Source of the DNA: a virus
Taxonomy: Duplodnaviria > Caudoviricetes
Virus record (IMG/VR): IMGVR_UViG_3300047457_000179
Span: 1 to 29,466 of that record
DNA length: 29,466 bases
Strand: one strand, 5' to 3'
This document shows positions 25,168-29,466 of the stretch, in pieces. How positions within the stretch are numbered: position 1 is the first letter of the stretch; every line of letters begins with the position of its first letter. Both the position numbers and the translations under genes were made by a program. The notes under the pieces were generated by a model that was given only the letters and a program-made list of their open reading frames with translations, did no database searches and was not told where the DNA came from.

Positions 25168-25655
25168 AAAAAAACCCTGCTTGAAATAGCTATCTCCATC
25201 GGCATATACTTCATGAGCTCGTGGTACTCCTCTCCTGCTGTGTATGGAGCTATCTCATACTTATCCTTCCGAGTGTTGACTATGGGCCTGTACATCACAG
25301 CCATTGCCTTGTGGTAGTCATCCCAATTGTTGAGGTGGTGCTCAAGGTCAATGTACTCACCCCATGATATCTCTTCCAGGTTAGGGATGAAACCAAACTC
25401 CATATCTTTGAGCTTGAACCTGTGGTAGAACTTAGGAGGCTCATTGAATATCTTATTGAAGTGCTCAATCAATTCATTGAGATCAGTGAGCTTAATCTTG
25501 GCCACCTCCTTGAGGTCAAGGCCGCAGAATATCTCAATCATCTTCTGTGCAATGAACTCCTCATCGGTGGACTCTGCCTGCATCTTGAGGAACCGTTGGT
25601 AGTTTTTCAACGGTATCTCCCCCATGTTACTTGGTATCGTTATCTCTGCCTTCAT
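24906..25655 (-). CDS. Tail assembly chaperone-like protein, 0-frame product (start MKAEIT)
   Basis: FGFIPNLEEISWGEYIDL and HKAMAVMYRP, with a slippery T9 at codons RVFF. Confidence 0.7.
   Translation of the reverse strand: MKAEITIPSNMGEIPLKNYQRFLKMQAESTDEEFIAQKMIEIFCGLDLKEVAKIKLTDLNELIEHFNKIFNEPPKFYHRFKLKDMEFGFIPNLEEISWGEYIDLEHHLNNWDDYHKAMAVMYRPIVNTRKDKYEIAPYTAGEEYHELMKYMPMEIAISSRVFFYDLGSVLLDSTLSFLEMEVKMIGTKRTSRRGANSTNNGDGILQSMQWLREIYPSMMKLPAMDYINVSPISPSKNKKRKLSKEKYNE
25163..25177 (-). other. Programmed -1 ribosomal frameshift site G GTT TTT TTT TAC
   Basis: A9 at 25166-25174 on the plus strand gives a T TTT TTT heptamer in the correct phase. Confidence 0.75.
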
Positions 25656-25806
25656 TCTTAATGTAATTGTAACAAGCAACAAGCATCTCAAGGTGCACTG
25701 GAAACCGCTGTATGTTGTTGAACTCTATCTGCACCCTCCTGCCTTTCTTCTCAAGGATGTAAGCCTCAACCACTTTTATCATCTCGTACATATCAACGGT
25801 AGCCAT
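25627..25806 (-). CDS. 59-aa hypothetical protein MATVDMYEMIKVVEAYILEKKGRRVQI...
   Basis: Translated by hand. ATG lies 6 nt after the late promoter motif, and the ORF overlaps the chaperone start. Confidence 0.7.
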   Translation of the reverse strand: MATVDMYEMIKVVEAYILEKKGRRVQIEFNNIQRFPVHLEMLVACYNYIKNEGRDNDTK

Positions 25807-25812
25807 ACCTTA

Positions 25813-25836
25813 ATAACTCAGTTAGTTGTCATGTGT
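25813..25836 (-). promoter_or_regulatory. Putative late promoter ACAC-N12-TGAGTTAT
   Basis: Intergenic after terL, at the head of the tail gene block. Confidence 0.75.
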
Positions 25837-25908
25837 TAACCCTGTTTTTAATCTATTCTTATTCAGTTATTTATATCACTTTACTTGAAGCTTTACTTTA
25901 AGTCTTTT

Positions 25909-27126
25909 TTATTTTATATAGTATTTTCCTTTATTTGGGTTTTCGAGCTGGTAAGAAATAGAGTATCTAATAGCATCAATAGCATGGTTGTACTTATCAA
26001 TGGGTGTCTTACTCTTCTGTGATAACCAACAGTAATTATTCAGCTCTTTAACCAGGTCAACACTCCCCTCATCTATCACCATGTCATAGTCCTGCAGGAG
26101 GGCTATCCCATAGCTAACGGAGTCAGGGCCTTTGATGGCAGGCACCACATTGCACCCCATTGCATTGAGCTCGGTAATAAGACGGGGCTCTGCACTATCT
26201 GCCACAATGAGTGAGCTCCCTGCTCTGCTCTTGTTGATGTCGGCAATCATGGAGGTGGTGAGTCCTTTCTCATACAGGTGGAGTCTTACATAGATCACCT
26301 TGTTGCTTGTGTCGATGGATGTCTCTACCAAGGTGGTGGGGTCTTGGCTGAACCCGTAATCTTGACCATAGACTGATGGACTTACCTCGGTGAACTTACC
26401 TAACCTCCAATTGTTGAAGATAACCCCCTCCGCTTTGTCTAACCATCCACCAAGGATGCTGTGGTTGTACTTGTCGGGTCTCCGTTCTCTCATGATGGCT
26501 ACCTCATCCAGGAAGGACTGAGGCAGGTTGGTGATGTTATCAAGGTAGGTGGTATGGATGTAGCAGGTATCTCCATGCTCGGTGTTGCTTCCGGGGCTGA
26601 TACCCTTGTCCTCAAAGAATTTACCGTATATCCAATGCTCTTTAGTGGCAGGGTTGAGAATAAGGACCACCCTGTTCTGTTGCTTAGGTGAACGGATGGA
26701 CAGGTTAATCTTATCAAAGGTATTCTCTTCTATTAGCTCCTCTGCTTCATCCACTATCCAGGTAGTAATACCCTGTAATGATTTTAAGTTAGCTGTTTGG
26801 TCACCTGATGAAGTCTTAATACCTCTGAATATAATCTCACTACCGGATGTCTTGTTAACTATCTCACTCTTTGTGATCTCGAAATGGGCCTCTAATCCCA
26901 TGAGCTCTATCTTCTCTTTGAATTCGGGGATGATAGATATATGGGCTGAGGTCATTGTCTGACGGGTGAACAGTATCTTGTGGCCATGCTCAAAGGACAG
27001 CAGGCACACCCATGCAGCTACACTAAAGGACTTGGAACTACCCCTGCCTCCTGTAATAACAAAGTACCTACAATCGGAGGTATACAGGGGCTTGTACTTC
27101 TCACTCGCCTTGATCATTGAACTCAA
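25909..27126 (-). CDS. terL: Terminase large subunit, PBSX/SPP1-like family
   Basis: Walker A GGRGSSKS, Walker B WIVDEAEE, ILNP, HTTYLDN and nuclease motifs GQDYGFSQDPT, ADSAEP, NHAIDAIRY. Confidence 0.95.
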   Translation of the reverse strand: MSSMIKASEKYKPLYTSDCRYFVITGGRGSSKSFSVAAWVCLLSFEHGHKILFTRQTMTSAHISIIPEFKEKIELMGLEAHFEITKSEIVNKTSGSEIIFRGIKTSSGDQTANLKSLQGITTWIVDEAEELIEENTFDKINLSIRSPKQQNRVVLILNPATKEHWIYGKFFEDKGISPGSNTEHGDTCYIHTTYLDNITNLPQSFLDEVAIMRERRPDKYNHSILGGWLDKAEGVIFNNWRLGKFTEVSPSVYGQDYGFSQDPTTLVETSIDTSNKVIYVRLHLYEKGLTTSMIADINKSRAGSSLIVADSAEPRLITELNAMGCNVVPAIKGPDSVSYGIALLQDYDMVIDEGSVDLVKELNNYCWLSQKSKTPIDKYNHAIDAIRYSISYQLENPNKGKYYIK

Positions 27127-27385
27127 TTACATCACGGATGCTGAAGCTATTGATATCCACCTTGGTCTCTTGTTCCACTCTTTGAACAGGCATACCTAAT
27201 CGGTAGTTAAGCCACAGCTTGATGGCGGCAGTATCTCCTTCAAGTACCTTGTGGTATAGGGCATTGAGTACCTGTTCACATGGTGCCACCTTATCCATCT
27301 GCTGAGCAAGGGCTATTTCAGCTGCCTTGGGTTTTCTCCCTGCACCTGGTCTCCTTCCTCCGTTCTGTTTTACAATTTCCTCCAT
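27101..27385 (-). CDS. terS: Putative terminase small subunit
   Basis: NGGRRPGAGRKPK and GDTAAIKLWLNYRLGMP. Overlaps the terL start. Confidence 0.7.
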   Translation of the reverse strand: MEEIVKQNGGRRPGAGRKPKAAEIALAQQMDKVAPCEQVLNALYHKVLEGDTAAIKLWLNYRLGMPVQRVEQETKVDINSFSIRDVIEFNDQGE

Positions 27386-27400
27386 GTTAATAAAAAGTGA

Positions 27401-27817
27401 TTATTCAGCAGGCACAACATATGCCTCATATATCCTCTTTAATTGGTTGACCATAGAGATAACACAGCTACCACAGGTTGAGTACTGGAGCTTTTGTGAG
27501 AACACTCTATTGTTAATCTTAAGGAGCTCATACTGCTCGCTGTTTTTTACCGTGCCTCGGTAATTGGTAAAGAAGTTATCAAGGTATGCATACTCATCGG
27601 TGGTAAGGACTTGGACCTGCTTATTAAATAGCCCGTTTATTTTCTGCTGTAGGTTAGCACTCCACTCATTGAGCTTCTCTTTGCGTTCCTCACATCCACA
27701 ATCTTCACCTGCCATGTGCTTGACAAGTGCTTTGATACCGGTAACGGTTGTTACCTTCTCAACTGCTGTACCTAACTCCCAGGTAACTGTTGGCTCTTTT
27801 GGTTTGCGTTTACTCAT
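27401..27817 (-). CDS. Cys-motif hypothetical protein (DCGC...CGSC)
   Basis: 138 aa, between the sigma factor and terS. Confidence 0.8.
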   Translation of the reverse strand: MSKRKPKEPTVTWELGTAVEKVTTVTGIKALVKHMAGEDCGCEERKEKLNEWSANLQQKINGLFNKQVQVLTTDEYAYLDNFFTNYRGTVKNSEQYELLKINNRVFSQKLQYSTCGSCVISMVNQLKRIYEAYVVPAE

Positions 27818-28319
27818 TGTCTTTATAGTTATCCCATTGCTCCTGCACTGCCTCTCTTAGTCTATGCTTGCAGGACTTAAGGGTGTTAAAAATACTCTTG
27901 CTTGATATCTTCGTCTTATCGGCTATCTTCCTGATGGATAGTTGTTGCTCCCTGTGAATATCCCAAACTCGTTGATCATACCAATGCCATTTAGCTACCT
28001 CACCATCAATGGAGTGCTCAAGCTCTTTGTATGCATCAAGGAGGGTATGGTTATCTGCAGCCAATCCAAAGGCATTATCAATGGACACAAACTGAGGCTT
28101 ATAATTCCTGTTGATGATAAGGTAAGTATTCCTAAGTACGTAATACATATAGGCTCTATTTATCTCCCCATTGATAATACACTGCTCCTCCCTGGAATAA
28201 TTCATGAGCCGGATATAGACCTCTTGAACCACATCCTCGGCATAGAACTGCTCTCCAAAGGTATTGACTACCCTGACCCATTCGCTGTGATGCTTAGCTA
28301 TTTGGTTTATCCATTCCAT
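27810..28319 (-). CDS. ECF-type (sigma-70 regions 2 and 4) RNA polymerase sigma factor
   Basis: AEDVVQEVYIRL and YMYYVLRN (region 2), plus LSIRKIADKTKISSKSIFNTLK (region 4 HTH). Confidence 0.85.
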   Translation of the reverse strand: MEWINQIAKHHSEWVRVVNTFGEQFYAEDVVQEVYIRLMNYSREEQCIINGEINRAYMYYVLRNTYLIINRNYKPQFVSIDNAFGLAADNHTLLDAYKELEHSIDGEVAKWHWYDQRVWDIHREQQLSIRKIADKTKISSKSIFNTLKSCKHRLREAVQEQWDNYKDNE

Positions 28320-28560
28320 TTGTAACCATAGACGCAGTTTGATCGTAGATGGTTTTCAAATATAACGAAATAAACTTATCCTGTATCTCAAGGGCTACGT
28401 TCTCCCCTGCAATGAACCTCCTCACCGTATGGTAAGGAGCCTTCATGTCAAGTGCCAGGTGAACAAGTCTATACCGGTCACTGAGCATACTGTTAGCCTG
28501 CTTCACAGCCCATTGGCTGAAGGTTTCACCATTAGAAAGGTAGATCGTCAGTGTCTTCAT
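28294..28560 (-). CDS. Hypothetical protein, possible HTH (likely start MKTLTI)
   Basis: LVHLALDMKAPYHTVRRFIAGE. Confidence 0.6.
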   Translation of the reverse strand: MKTLTIYLSNGETFSQWAVKQANSMLSDRYRLVHLALDMKAPYHTVRRFIAGENVALEIQDKFISLYLKTIYDQTASMVTNGMDKPNS

Positions 28561-28876
28561 TTTTTTTAGACTTATTTTGAACAATAGGGGTAGCAGCAGA
28601 TGAGCTGAGGCTCATGGTCCATGCCTCGATGGTGTTAAAGTACTTGATGGTGCCATCCTGTGCCTCCCATCTACGGCCTCGTAGGTTGTACTTGAGCTCC
28701 ACCACATCCCCAGGCTTGAGGTTGTTAGCCAGGTCACACTTGTCCTGCACTAATTGAAAGGTAATGTACTGAGGGTACTCATCCTGACTCTTGAGGGTTA
28801 TGTCTCTCTTTTTGAACTTGTCGCTCACTGTTGTTGTAGGGGTAATAAATACCACCTCTCCTTTGAAATCACTCAT
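28532..28876 (-). CDS. DUF3127-family putative single-stranded DNA-binding protein
   Basis: FKKRD...YPQ, NLRGRRW and YFNTIEAW, with an acidic tail DDLPF. Confidence 0.88.
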   Translation of the reverse strand: MSDFKGEVVFITPTTTVSDKFKKRDITLKSQDEYPQYITFQLVQDKCDLANNLKPGDVVELKYNLRGRRWEAQDGTIKYFNTIEAWTMSLSSSAATPIVQNKSKKNEDTDDLPF

Positions 28877-28886
28877 ATTATTTGGT

Positions 28887-29135
28887 TTACTTAATTACAT
28901 ATATTACAATCATACATCCTATTTGATAGCCCACTGACAGTGCAAGTGCTTGCTTCAGCCTCTCGGTCCATGTCTTACTCTCCACCATGTATCCAATGAA
29001 GGGTAAGCCCAGGAACGGACCAATACCGGCAAAGAATAGCATAGCTGTTGCGTTACCTTCTGCCACGTATCTAATGTAGAAGGTGGAACATATCTCAATG
29101 ATCAGTGCACTCAGTGCTATTATCAGGTATCTCAT
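28887..29135 (-). CDS. Small multi-pass membrane protein
   Basis: 82 aa with about three hydrophobic helices. Confidence 0.7.
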   Translation of the reverse strand: MRYLIIALSALIIEICSTFYIRYVAEGNATAMLFFAGIGPFLGLPFIGYMVESKTWTERLKQALALSVGYQIGCMIVIYVIK

Positions 29136-29356
29136 TGGTCCAGGTTTATGTTGTGCTGGTTCAGTATCTCATAGAACTTGTCCCGTATAGTTTCCACAAT
29201 GGCATACTCCTCCTCGGTTTGGTACTGTTGATACTTCCACATAGTACGGAGCTCTTGAGATAGATCCCACAGGGCACAGAACATGGCATCAGCCCGGATA
29301 GCGTTATCCCATTCGTGCTTGTCCTCAGGTAGGTTAAAGGTTAGTTTTGCTTTCAT
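29132..29356 (-). CDS. Phage hypothetical protein (start MKAKLTFNLPED)
   Basis: The ATG at 29356 overlaps the upstream gene. The same 5' end is present at window positions 1-34. Confidence 0.8.
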   Translation of the reverse strand: MKAKLTFNLPEDKHEWDNAIRADAMFCALWDLSQELRTMWKYQQYQTEEEYAIVETIRDKFYEILNQHNINLDQ

Positions 29357-29385
29357 AGGTTTCTTTGTAGTATTGTTCTGCTGTT
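29323..29385. repeat. Terminal direct repeat, copy 2
   Basis: 62 of 63 nt identical to 1-63. Confidence 0.95.
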
Positions 29386-29465
29386 GCGTATTTTGGCTCA
29401 TCATCATATCTTGCATCATCCCAAGCATCGGCAAAACCTATTTCATATGCATTTTCAATCTGCTC
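29334..29465 (-). CDS. Partial variant of the 12-242 gene: EQIENAYEIGFADAWDDARYDDEPKYATAEQYYKETYESKTNL
   Basis: Translated by hand. Truncated by the window end. Confidence 0.8.
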   Translation of the reverse strand, partial: EQIENAYEIGFADAWDDARYDDEPKYATAEQYYKETYESKTNL

Positions 29466-29466
29466 T

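Noticed and set aside
25825-25833. Isolated GTTGTCATG iteron-like matches (also 7419-7427)
   Set aside because: Single one-mismatch 9-mers are expected by chance in 29 kb.
25879-25902. Tandem 12-mer CTTTACTTGAAG/CTTTACTTTAAG after terL
   Set aside because: Only two AT-rich copies, not seen elsewhere and with no supportable function.
2006-28325. Numerous plus-strand ORFs (e.g. 19194-19901, 12896-13300, 18546-19022)
   Set aside because: They are antisense shadows of well-supported minus-strand genes and have no motifs or expression signals.
29357-29434. Met/Gln-rich N-terminus of the listed 100-aa ORF
   Set aside because: It is an off-frame reading of the upstream partial gene. The real start is probably 29356.
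1-29466. Alternative genetic code, tRNA genes, integrase or att site
   Set aside because: Genes are full-length and tightly packed under the standard code with all three stops in use. No cloverleaf or recombinase motif was recognised by eye.

Overview
This window is an essentially complete ~29.3 kb genome of a small tailed (siphovirus-like) phage, most likely infecting Bacteroidota/Flavobacteriia. The host inference rests on TTG-N18-21-TAnnTTTG promoters, a DUF3127-type SSB and a BT4734/VirE-N-type primase-helicase. All credible genes are on the minus strand. Positions 1-63 repeat at 29323-29385, which implies a circular or permuted assembly of ~29,322 bp, but the two ends carry different middle segments of the same small gene. 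The early/replication arm holds small early ORFs, an HNH, a DnaA-domain-IV-like protein, an iteron origin, primase-helicase, VRR-NUC, ERF, YqaJ exonuclease, a NUMOD4-HNH, SSB and an ECF-like sigma factor. The late arm has an unusual order: terS, terL, frameshifted tail chaperone, tail/neck genes, tape measure, XkdF protease, scaffold, MCP, tail tube, portal, connector, fibre, holin, amidase, u-spanin-like protein, exonuclease. I recognised no integrase, DNA polymerase, tRNA or CRISPR. The strongest unexplained signals are four: (1) a four-copy bipartite late promoter ACAM-N12-TGAGTTAT, a candidate target of the phage sigma; (2) a perfect 19-bp palindrome resembling a Flavobacteriales Fur box beside the early promoter; (3) CGTGACAAC iterons that continue into the adjacent DnaA-like gene; (4) a -1 frameshift with both frames open for ~90 codons. 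Family calls come from motif recognition by eye, not from database searches.
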